A model generated the notes under the pieces. It was not told where the DNA came from. It worked only from the letters and a program-made list of their open reading frames with translations, and ran no database searches. A DNA stretch of 63,792 nt, the filler included, from Reticulomyxa filosa (taxonomy: Eukaryota > Protista > Foraminifera), in the NCBI GenBank assembly GCA_000512085.1. It is 22 parts of 22 records of this genome, joined end to end, with 100 filler letters (N's around TTAATTAATTAA, not from the genome) between each part and the next. Parts side by side here need not be neighbours in the genome. Positions count along the whole stretch, not along the records: positions 11,622 to 15,444 come from ASPP01004996.1; positions 15,545 to 18,101 come from ASPP01002249.1; positions 18,202 to 19,264 come from ASPP01009388.1; positions 19,365 to 20,918 come from ASPP01042426.1; positions 21,019 to 22,018 come from ASPP01048143.1; positions 22,119 to 24,992 come from ASPP01025697.1; 16 more parts are not named here. One strand, written 5' to 3'. Of this stretch, positions 13,293 through 23,887 are shown in pieces. Made by a program: the position numbers and the translations under genes. Position 1 is the first letter of the stretch; each line of letters opens with the position of its first letter.

Positions 13293-13916
13293 GTTGTATA
13301 AAAAGAAAATGAATGGTATGAAACTTTGCTGCCATCTCGAGCACATCGTTTATTGTATCACATTACCGCTGTACTCTTTTATTGGATACTTTGCACTCCT
13401 TTGGCTGCATTTGTCGTTGCTTTGTATCTGTTTGTCTCGGTAAATTTTTTGGGGATCCATTTCACTGAGGCATTCTCTTCCATGCGCATGGAAGACTTTA
13501 AAAATTTTTTGAGATGCCATATCGACAAAGATGGATCGTTGTCTATCTATGCCATTGGGGTCGACAAAGTTCCTCGTCGATGGCAGCAAGACAGTGAGTG
13601 GACTGGCAGAGGTACTCTCTTACAAGTCCCACTACTCACAACGGAGCAAGGCGATTCACAGCTTCCTTCGAACCAGGTCGCGGGACGCTCCAAACCTTCA
13701 AGACCCATGGACAACAAAAGGAAAGCTAACAAATGGACAAAACTCAGACACAAAAGAGAGAAAGACAAACAAATGTATTACAATATTCGTGATCTCAGAG
13801 GAATTGGACCCAGCTACACTTGGGAAAAACCCTCTCGTTGGATTCCAAAAAAAGGTGAGTCAAATATTGACTTTGACGATCATATTTGGATTATTGATCA
13901 CATTCGAATTCCTTAA
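11687..13916 (+). CDS. Calcineurin-like metallophosphoesterase with C-terminal transmembrane region (family known from plants and protists), 5' truncated
   Basis: Exon opens DWYDGL (continuing a GNH-D motif), then GGWLLPQEHSYFAIALPHRWWLFGVD, IILSHLPDW, LCGDIHNYTRH, LIVSGGGGAFCHPTH, TM helices, and HFTEAFSSMRMEDFKNFLRCHI...IGVDKVPRRW; at least 2 introns. Confidence 0.9.
13254..13283. repeat. (TA)n microsatellite in intron
   Basis: About 15 TA units read directly. Confidence 0.9.
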
Positions 13917-14187
13917 CTTCCCCTTTTTTTTAATATGACTTATAGTGTAATCAAATATTTATAATTGTTTGTTCTTTGTTTTTCCTTTTTTTTAAAACAA
14001 AAAAGCAATTGTGTTGTTGTCTTTTTTTTTTGACCACATTACTATGACAACACTTGATCAAGTACTATCTTTTTTAGGAATATAATGGCACCCTTTTTTT
14101 GAGACTAATTGAAAAAGCAAACTAAGCTAAATTTTTAATAGAAAGTAGACACTCGAACGTACTAACAAAGTAAAAAGTAGATACAAT

Positions 14188-15362
14188 TCAAAATTTTAAG
14201 TTTGTCGTTTTTTTGTTCTTTTTGTGGGCAGTTATTGTTCTTTTTTTACCAAATGAATCTACCAGCACGTTTTCATTTAAATCGCAAATCTTTCTATAGC
14301 TTTGAAACATGTCAAAGTTCACTGCAAGAGAGCAAGTTTTGTGGACACCGTTCTTTAGCTTTTTTTTTAAAAAAAGAATTATTTGACACTTATTCTCTTC
14401 GATTTCTGCAATTATAACGTAAATGCCTTCTGCTGGTAAGTATAGATCGACAAATTTCCAAAAGCGGATTGACAGTTTTACAAGTGCTTTACACGAAACT
14501 GTAAACTTCAAAAAACGAGGAAATCCAGGTATAATAAGTTTGCGTACTTAAGGGGAGGACTAATAGTGCATTATCAAAAAAATGCTACTTTGTGAAAAGA
14601 TGGTCTGTTCTTTTCTTTGCGCTTTCAAAAAAAAAAAAGAGTCAAAAAAGAAATTAAGATTTGGCGTGTGCCCAAAATGTGAGATGAAAAGCATTGTGGC
14701 AGGTTTGAATTACCAAATGTCTCAAGAGCATCTCTTCCCATGTATTTGCTCGAAGGAATGTGCTGATCTAAATATGCATCGCCAAACATGTGATCCAAAA
14801 GCAGTAACGCAAATATTAGAGGAGCTGATTTCAGGAAGTGCAAAATATTTTGACATGACTTGTGCCGTGAGCGAAAATGGGAAAGAGTCATTCCAGAAAA
14901 AAATTGCATGGAAACCATTGCAACAAACCACATGGAATCGGAACAATCAACCTACAGTTAAGTTGATTATACGTACTTTCAAAAGACAGAGGAGAACGAG
15001 AGAAGAAAGAGTAGAAAAGGGAAAAGAGGGGGGGGGGAAAAGAGGGGAGAGAAATTTGTTTTTTTTTTTTTAAGATTGACATATGCGCACCGTACGTATG
15101 TACCCAGAAAAAAATTACTTTACGTTTATAACAATATGTGGATAAAAAAAAAAAGTGCGACAACATCCGAATAACAGCAGTGAGAAAGGCATTTGTGACG
15201 CTTGCAACAACCACATTTGGTGATGTCGAATTACATGTGGCAGGGTCAAATATCGTTAATAAGAAACCGTATGCACGATTAGGAGTAGGCCTTAGTATGC
15301 TCTCCAACGAATACTGGAAACCTGGCTTTTTGTTCATGACAAGCAGTGACAACAACTTGCCC
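14188..15362 (-). CDS. Hypothetical multi-exon protein, 5' truncated
   Basis: Coding-like minus-strand blocks (ORFs 14888-15355, 14625-14933, 14188-14511) separated by homopolymer-rich intron-like gaps; no family recognised. Confidence 0.45.
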
Positions 15363-15402
15363 TATTTTTTGGAATTTGAATTGAGATATCCGCTTTTGTT
15401 TG

Positions 15403-15444
<42 letters not shown>

Positions 15445-15884
15445 NNNNNNNNNNNNNNNNNNNNNNNNNNNNNNNNNNNNNNNNNNNNTTAATTAATTAA
15501 NNNNNNNNNNNNNNNNNNNNNNNNNNNNNNNNNNNNNNNNNNNNTTTTGAGTTGTAGTTTGCTTGGACATGTCGTTGATGTTTAGGAGGTTTTTTTTTTT
15601 TTAGTTAAATATTATATTTACATTCTCGTTTCACAGTTGCTTTTTTTCATATTCATTTTCAAGTTCCTAACATAAGCATAATTTTATCTATTGATATAAT
15701 GTAAACACTTTTCAATATATTTTGATTTTTTGTAATTTTCTAAATAAAAAAAAAAAGGCGACTTTGTTTTAAGAGTAACTTCATTATCATGCTTGCTCAA
15801 CTTCAAGAAAGATTCTCCAAGACAGATAAGGAGATTATTTCAGATGCATCAGGTACATCAAATGTTACTTACATTTCAGGAAAA

Positions 15885-16006
15885 AGATTAAGTTTATCAA
15901 GAAAACTTGAACAAAACGCGAAATAACAAGAGTTAGATCTTGTGCTGGCGAAATTATCTCTTATTGTTTCCTGTTTTCATCAAGTTTTCTTGCCAAACTA
16001 AATTTT
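15885..16006. repeat. ~120-nt imperfect inverted repeat (long hairpin)
   Basis: CAAGAAAACTTGA (15898-15910) pairs perfectly with TCAAGTTTTCTTG (15980-15992); inner GAAATAACAAGAG/CTCTTATTGTTTC and outer AGTTT/AAACT extend the stem. Confidence 0.8.
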
Positions 16007-18227
16007 AAATAGGCAGATGATTTTTTTAACTTATGATTTTCTTTGCTGTTTAATGTTGATAAGATACAGTATTAATTTACCCCTTTTTGTTTGTATTACT
16101 AAATTTTATGTTTAGCAAGCGTAGTACCTAATACATTGTGTAAGTTTTACTTTATGATTTACGTTATTTTTTTCAATTTAAGAGATTGAAAAATTTAACC
16201 TTGTGATGCATGAAGGACTCCAAGATACTAAAAATTTCTTGTTCAGCTCTTTTAATAAATAATTTAAGACGCTGAACGTAAAAGGTGGATAACAGAAAAT
16301 TCTTGTAGATATTTACTACTTATTGCCTTTTCAAAATTGTATTTGTTGAACATTAGAAAGGAGTTTAAGACTTTGTTCAACGTTCATTGAAACATTTCGT
16401 TTATTGTTACCAAAGTCGATGTGTTTGTGATTTTAAAACTTAAATTGTTTTTTCAACTTTAACAAAATAATGCTTTGTGTTTACAAAAACAATGAGCTTT
16501 TGTTTTCAAATTTATTTTTGATGACAAGATGACCTACATTCGATATAATTAGATTTTTAAATGTGCCCAAAAACTTTTTAGAAATGATCTCATAAAGTAT
16601 TTGTTGTTCAGTGCTTATTATTTTATATTAGAAATTAAACTATAATTACTTTCGTTTTACGACAGTGATAAAAAAGGGTCCACTAGCACTTTCTATATCT
16701 TTATTTATTACCCTTGTTGAATTCCTTGGTTTTTAATGTTGAGTTAGATAATTGAACACAATAAAAAAAAGCAAGTTTTCAATTTCCCAAAATACAAAAA
16801 ATCGGAACAAGTTTTTTCTTATAAAAAAATACTTGCTAAGTTTTTTCAATTCAAATAATGATAATAGAAAAAAATTTCTTTTTTTTATTCAATGCATTTT
16901 ACCACTGTATTATCAATTCTTGTATTTGTATTATCCCCTACTATTGTAGTGTGGTTTCCATGAAAATATCAAATTATTATTTATTTGCTGCCATTCATAA
17001 TACATTTATGTTTTTTGTATTATGTAAATTACAAGCCATCATACTACGACTTGACTTTTATTTTTAGACATTTGCGGATAAGATTTAAAACAATAATATT
17101 TTTTATTAAACTCCAAAAACTTAAAAAATATCAAAATAAAATAAAAACAAAAACAAATTAATACATCATATTCAGTAGTTTTATTAGACAATGGCTTGTT
17201 TCTTTGCTTTATGTATTTTTTGTTATTACTATGTACACTATTGGTCTATTTTAAATTTGAGATCATCACGTTGTGGATGTTCTAGCACATGTTGTAGATT
17301 GAGTTTTTCAAAGTAAAAAGAAACATATCATTTATTTTTTTTTTAATAAAAAAACAATTCGTAATGTAGTTTTAACAGTGAAACTATAACAAAAAAAAAC
17401 TCTTCAAATCAACAAAGCAAAAAGGGATACATTATTTTTATTTGAACAAATAAAAATCAGATCGCTTGCCACATTTATCGAGATGAGATAACTGACATGA
17501 AAGAACAAATAGCAATAACACTTTTATCTTTCAAAAAAGGACATCAACTCAACATTGGAATTCGCTGGCTTTCGCTTTTTCACATCACCTTTTTTTTTAA
17601 AAGGAAAGTCAAGCTACTTAACATTAACAATATAAGTAATTGAACTACAACATAAAGACCTACTGAAAGACAAGTTAAACAAGGCCGACATATTGCTTTA
17701 ACTCCCTTTCAAAATTTGATAGAACAACAAAGACTGTAATGAATGCACTCTGTTGGATATGTTAAACATAAATTGGAGATGAACTATGTAATCATTTAGA
17801 GTAGTAACAAAAATGAATGAATCGAACAATTGTAATCAATCCTTTTACAGATATTCAATCATTCAAGAAATTACCAAGTGCATGCAACGGTTGATGAAAA
17901 AAAGTATTTACTATTTATTACTTATTCAAAAATAAAATTAATATATTTGATTTAAATACAGTCTAAAAAAAAAGAAGTGTAATGGATGTAAAATTCAAAT
18001 AGTATAAATGATTAGTCATTTTTTGTTGCTGATCAATTATGATAAATTTAAAAAAATAATAAATATATGAGTTGGAAGCCCTTGACTTGGGCAACATTTG
18101 TNNNNNNNNNNNNNNNNNNNNNNNNNNNNNNNNNNNNNNNNNNNNTTAATTAATTAANNNNNNNNNNNNNNNNNNNNNNNNNNNNNNNNNNNNNNNNNNN
18201 NAAAAAAAAAAAAAAAAAAAAAGCATA

Positions 18228-18470
18228 CATTTGACAATCGCTTTAATTTCTTTCTCTGTCAACACGACATTGATTGAGGACTCAAAGCGATTCCATCTTT
18301 TGCTTTGATACTTGGCAGCGTTGGAGCAATGGATAATATGAAACACACTCGGATTGGGACAGTACTTTTCAATCAAGTAGCAATAGTAGCTGTTTGGAGT
18401 GGACATGTCACTACTGTTGCAATTGTTATTGCTGTCATTTGTAGTTGTAGCAACAATGCCATTAGTATTA

Positions 18471-18516
<46 letters not shown>

Positions 18517-19155
18517 CATTGCTGTTATTATTATGATTGTCATTATTGTTATTATCATAACCGTTGTTGTTATAACCATTGTTGTTGCTATAATCGTTAT
18601 TGTTATAACAAGGATTTTCATTAGGCCTTTCTTGTTGCGTTTTATTCGTGCATACGTTGTCGTCACTATCACTTTCGTGTTGGTTGCAGACGGACGATTC
18701 GTTTTGGGAATGTGACCACGGGTGATCGATCACTCCGTGGTCATCAGTGGTTCGACAGGAATGGCTCGCTGAGCTTGCATTCTGTTGGTTTTCCTTTTCC
18801 GAATCAATGTTGGAGGTGGACCCCACTTTGAACTTGCTTTGGTCGAGAACGAAATAGAGGCCGTAAATGGTAACCAAATAAGGGTGGATCTCTTTGTTGT
18901 TCCCGATCCATTCCAAGAGTTTGATCAGCGCTCTCATTTCACTCTTCGTCAGATTTTCGACCATGCGAGCAAACATTACCGCCTTGTTTTCTTTCGAGCC
19001 TATTTCCTCTTGTCGCACCCGCAGCTGAATGAATTTCGAGGCAAAACTCCCTCCGGGCAAGTCGCCTACTATCTCAAACCAGTTTGTTATGTCGTCCAAG
19101 TCTTTCAATTCCATTACAAATGGCTTGTCCTCGCAAAAGTTTACGCTTAAATCTT
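18228..19155 (-). CDS. Protein kinase-fold (probable pseudokinase) N-lobe exon with a long Asn-rich insertion; partial at both ends
   Basis: FEIVGDLPGGSFAS (G-loop-like), MFARMV (beta3), HPYLVTIYGLYF, YLIEKYC (hinge), LTEKEIKAIVK (alphaE) in kinase order. Confidence 0.7.
18466..18610. repeat. (TTA)n and degenerate triplet repeat encoding poly-Asn
   Basis: Direct reading. Similar tracts at 32540-32635, 36323-36358 and 40631-40689. Confidence 0.9.
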
Positions 19156-19585
19156 TTTATTGGCATATCAAAAGGGATGAGGGGAGGGGAGAAACAAAGA
19201 GGAGAGAAGGAGGGGGGGGGGGAGAAAAACACAACTTTGGATGTGTATATGTAATATGCACGTGNNNNNNNNNNNNNNNNNNNNNNNNNNNNNNNNNNNN
19301 NNNNNNNNTTAATTAATTAANNNNNNNNNNNNNNNNNNNNNNNNNNNNNNNNNNNNNNNNNNNNATCTCTATAAGATGGCATTTTAGGTGTCAACTTTCT
19401 TTTTTATCGTACTGTACATTACAATATTAAAACGAACATTCAACAATTTATCATGCTTTTATTACAAACAAGTGCCAAATTCATGGCTGATTCACTATTT
19501 TAACTTTTTTCAAAATTCATTTTATCAACTTTTTCCATTTTCTCTGTCAATCATTAGAAAAGAAAAACAGAAAAAAAGTTCTCTC

Positions 19586-20100
19586 AACTAGAGAACAAAC
19601 ATATGATTGAGCACGGCGGAGAGCACGCGATGATTTCTTCCTTAACAATATCGATTCTGGACATTTGAAGGTGTTTCGAAAACCGAGCCTGTTCATTGGT
19701 GGTGATCAAAAGTGCAAGACTGACCACGCCGCGCTACGTCAAAGAGATAGAAAAGTGCTTTGATAATCATTACTTGGTAATGCTGAACAGTGGTCACTTC
19801 ATTCATCGAACACACTTGGCACAAGTCATTCAACTCATCGTTGATTATACTTTTCATCGTGCTTTCCATACTCACTCCATTCCTACTGTTACTATAAACA
19901 CAAAAAAAAAAAAATCAAAAAACATTTTGAAAAGAGTGACGACATATGAACTACTTGTAAAGACATCTGCACTAGCAAATGTATGTATTTTCTGGGATTT
20001 TTAGAGTAACTTGCTGAGAGAAATGCTATAAAAAAAAAAGAAATAGAAGATTACTGTCGGATTTACTTTGCTTGTGCTTGGCAATTAAGATGCATTTTAT
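19586..20100 (-). CDS. Small hypothetical multi-exon protein
   Basis: Exon ...MESTMKSIINDELNDLCQVCSMNEVTTVQHYQ spliced (GTAATG..TAG) in frame to RGVVSLALLITTNEQARFSKHLQMSRIDIVKEEIIACSPPCSIICLFSS*; 5' exons uncertain. Confidence 0.4.
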
Positions 20101-20261
20101 TTCATAAAGGAAAGTGTAATCAGTATACAAAACAACAAAAAGGCCATCATATTGGTATGGCATTAAAACAAAATGGCCAACTGAACACTAACCAGCTTTT
20201 TTTACACGTGAAATTTCCATAAGATTTTTTTAAACTTGGAAAACGTAATAAGAAGCAATAA

Positions 20262-20861
20262 ATGTCATCAACTGAATCGATTTTGACAACAGAGGTCAGC
20301 TTTTGGCTTCTCTTGCTGTGTTGTTTTGTACAAAAAATTAATTAATACGTTGTGCTTGTTTTCTTGGCAGGAGTCGAAGCTTATCAACGACTTTCTCGAA
20401 TTTGTAAATTCCTCGGTTACGCCATTCCATGCTGTTCATACAATTTCGAAAATTTTGGAGAGCCACGTAAAAATAAAAAACGACTGATTTGTATACGTCT
20501 TTTTTAAATCCCGTTGCAAATGTTGTGTCTGTGACTTGGTAACATTTGCAGAAATTTACGAAACTAGATGAGCGTGACAGTTCTTGGGATTCATTAAAAC
20601 CAGGACACTACTACTTTACAAGAAACCAATCCACGATTGTAGCCTTTAGTATTCCTGCCAAATATCAAAAAGGAAATGGTTTTACTATTATGGCAGGTCT
20701 GTGCTTTTTGTTGTTGATACACAAATTTTTTTTTTTAGGAAATCATACAAACCGCAACCAATATATTTTTTAAAAAAAAGGGCACACGGACAGTCCTGCT
20801 TTTCGTGTGAAGCCACGCTCCAAATTAACGAAAGCAGGTTCTTTGATGGTTGCTGTTGAAG
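20262..20861 (+). CDS. DNPEP: Aspartyl aminopeptidase (peptidase M18), first four exons, 3' truncated
   Basis: Spliced translation MSSTESILTTE|ESKLINDFLEFVNSSVTPFHAVHTISKILESH|KFTKLDERDSSWDSLKPGHYYFTRNQSTIVAF...GNGFTIMA|GHTDSPAFRVKPRSK, including the HTDSP metal-ligand motif. Confidence 0.93.
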
Positions 20862-21069
20862 GTAAACTTTTTGCTTTTTTTTTTTGATAGTGTTAAAAAC
20901 GGTAGTCAAAATATGTCANNNNNNNNNNNNNNNNNNNNNNNNNNNNNNNNNNNNNNNNNNNNTTAATTAATTAANNNNNNNNNNNNNNNNNNNNNNNNNN
21001 NNNNNNNNNNNNNNNNNNTATATATATGGATGCATCACCCAAAAAAAAAAAAAAAAAAAAAAACACAAA

Positions 21070-22018
21070 ACAGTGACGCGACTCCAAAAGCTTGAACTTG
21101 TGCATGGCGAGGACGGCAAATCCGGAGGGAGGTCTTGCTTCTGGTTCATTTCTTTATCAAACTCGCTGCGTTCGAGTTGTAATCGTCGAGGCATGAGAAT
21201 TTCTTCGGGCAAAGGGCGTCCCCGAATCAAGATGGATAATAGATCACCAATGAACCAGAGCACATACAAAAAGAATACGACCAGGTTGAATGGAGGCGGC
21301 ATCAGCGAACTGTGAGCATTTGCAATCCAACGTGTATTGTGAATCACTTACAAAAAAAAGTATATATACATATAATATATATATTATATGTGTATATATA
21401 TATATATATATATAAAACAACATATTAAAAACAAACAAAAGAACTTGCTATTGTCAAATTGATAAATGGTTTTAATTCGGATAAAAGACACCTCCAACGC
21501 GTTGTCGTCATGAAGCTTTTCAAACGTCTTGGTCATCAATGCCACCAGCAAGTTCAGCAGAACGACTGCGGAGCAAATCATCCAACACACAAACAGGGCA
21601 TTTAAAAATGTCAGACGATACGTGCCAACGTGCGCGTCGCCACTGTCATCCCAACTCATGTCTCCCAAGGCCGCGCGAAACAGCCTTAAGAACGTGTACC
21701 ACGGCGTGGGCATCTGTCCGGACTCGTTCCCTGCCACGATCAACGTGCAGAACAAGAAGCCTAAGAACGCGACCATAAAGATTCTGATAAAAGCACTGTG
21801 TTGTATTTTGTATTCGAATTACTTAAGTTTGGGGGTATTTTCAAACACACACACACACACATAAAAATGTAACAATAATAAGAATTAGTTGACGTACCTG
21901 ACATCAGCAAACATGTTTTTGATCATATGGATGAACGGCGAGACAGTTCGATCCAAATAATACACTCGAAGTAACTGAATCCACAAAATGATCGCGTTGA
22001 TCCCCCACAAGAACAAGT
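21070..22018 (-). CDS. TRP-like cation channel, S4-S5-pore-S6 and TRP-helix region; partial
   Basis: LWIQLLRVYYLDRTVSPFIHMIKNMFAD (S4/S4-S5 linker), pore helix TFLRLFRAALGD, S6 VVLLNLLVALMTKTFEKL, and MPPPFNL. Confidence 0.85.
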
Positions 22019-22301
22019 NNNNNNNNNNNNNNNNNNNNNNNNNNNNNNNNNNNNNNNNNNNNTTAATTAATTAANNNNNNNNNNNNNNNNNNNNNNNNNN
22101 NNNNNNNNNNNNNNNNNNGAGTCATGATCCCGAGATTTTTGCAGACTAGTCTACAGAAAAAAACTTTACAGAAATGCTTACAGAAGTGCTACAGAAATTT
22201 TGGAAAATTCATCTTTTGGAAAAGAACTGCACAAGGTTTTGAAAATTTAAAAAAGAAAAATACTTAAGTTTTCCAAAGTCAAAACAAAAACAAACACAAA
22301 T

Positions 22302-22790
22302 TCACTCCTCCCTTCTCCTCTGTCTTAGAGGCTGGTTCTCCTCGTTCTCCTCGTTCTCCTCCTCTTCTTGGACAACTTCATTAAGAAGATCGCTAAGTCT
22401 TCTTCTCTGGACCCGAGCTCGAATTGGAGCATTCGGGACAACCGGCAGTTCTCGGAGAATGTCGGGGGAAGGGAGGTAATTCCTCACACCAGTGTAACGA
22501 GATTCGACGAACTCCCCGTGCTCGTCCACCATAATATCATCTCGAGCTGGCACCGACGGCGAAAGCTCCGATGATGATAACTCTCCATTCGACAGAGCAA
22601 CTAGTCTTGCTCGTTCATCCTCCGGCATTACAGGCAGCTCCGGAGGTTCTGGCAAAGCGACAACTTCCTCAAAAAATTGGTCGGGCTGGGGGCGAGGTTC
22701 ATTCACTAGATCATTCATCTGCCTTTGCAAAGATTCCCTCGCTCGTCGCAAAAATTCGTTAGCATTCTCTCTAATTTGGTAGTTATTCAA
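22302..22790 (-). CDS. Acidic/Pro-rich disordered ORF, probably the -1-frame C-terminal extension of the upstream RING gene
   Basis: 162 open codons beginning at a TTG that overlaps the RING-gene TGA; ends EEEENEENEENQPLRQRRREE; coding-like composition. Confidence 0.65.
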   Translation of the reverse strand: MNNYQIRENANEFLRRARESLQRQMNDLVNEPRPQPDQFFEEVVALPEPPELPVMPEDERARLVALSNGELSSSELSPSVPARDDIMVDEHGEFVESRYTGVRNYLPSPDILRELPVVPNAPIRARVQRRRLSDLLNEVVQEEEENEENEENQPLRQRRREE

Positions 22791-23665
22791 AAATCCGCTC
22801 TAGATCTTAATCCCATAAACCTAGACCAATCGACCACCGTGAAATCGTTATCACCACGCTCAAGTCTTCCCCAGCTATTAATCGCTGGAACAAATCCATA
22901 CATGCCATTAAAACCAATGATTTCGTTACACAATTCACTGCCACATTCACAAATTTGAGACTCTCGGCAACATGGACACCTATTATCCAGAGTGGTGTGC
23001 ACCTGAGTATTCCAACAACTAGCACACAAATGATGCCCACAGCTGAGAATTCTTTCACGGACATCTGTCAAATTATATGTTTCCATACAGATTACACACT
23101 CGGTAACGGATTGACGATTCATTAAAATAAGGTTCGAATCTAAAACATTTTCAATTCCTAAACGAAGAGCCTGAACAACATTATTGAGCCGCATCCTTTC
23201 AGCATCCAGTCGGGCAATGGCTCTTTCCACTAAACTAACCATTCGTTGTCGCGAGTCAATGAGCGCGCGATTTTCTTGTCCATTTGGTAACTGCTGGGCA
23301 AAGTCGGTGGAGTCTCCAATAATTCGGAAGGGTTCGCCAGGTTCCACTTCCATCAAACGGTCGGCAAACACATCCGCCATGCCGATACCGTTGCCAGGGA
23401 CATGGACATTGTCCACCACATCAATTGCCAAACCTGTACACAACAAACTTTAGTATACGTACAACACATCACCACATAAAAACAACATACCATTGGAAAA
23501 GGTTGGTGGGGATGGCGCTGGGGATGGGTCTTCGGACTTGAATTCCTTCTCGTCTTTCTCCTCCTTGTGCTCAGCAATGTTGGCACGGGAAACACCAACT
23601 GTGAGGTCCATCACCTCATCATCACTTTCAACTAAGTCCACAAAAACATTAGAATTCAGAGACAT
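22787..23665 (-). CDS. SIM-containing RING-HC (C3HC4) E3 ubiquitin ligase-like protein, 273 aa, 2 exons (23665-23491, 23433-22787)
   Basis: 57-nt intron GTATGT...TACTAA...TACAG joins FSN-G-LAIDVVD in frame; N-terminal VFVDLVESDDE and VMDLT; coiled-coil-like LVERAIARLDAERMRLNNVVQAL; RING CVICMETY...LSCGHHLCASCW...RCPCCR. Confidence 0.85.
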
Positions 23666-23887
23666 GTTCTCAATATAGTGTTGGAACAAGCTGAAAAAGT
23701 AACTAACAACAAAGATGTTAAAAAGATGAACAAACAAACTGAAACGCTAAGTGAGTTAAAACTTTTCTAGCTCTCTAGTTCCCCTGGGATCCCCCTTCGT
23801 TCAAAAAACCAGAAACGTGGAAAATAAGTTCCCCACAGGCCCCTGAGTCCAAAACCCCATTATTTCTATAAACCAAACTCAATTCAA

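Noticed and set aside
18305-18715. Poly-Ile ORFs (also 32493-32802, 40607-40840) and the poly-Cys ORF 32103-32315
   Set aside because: Shadow frames of Asn or Ser-Asn coding microsatellites in real genes.
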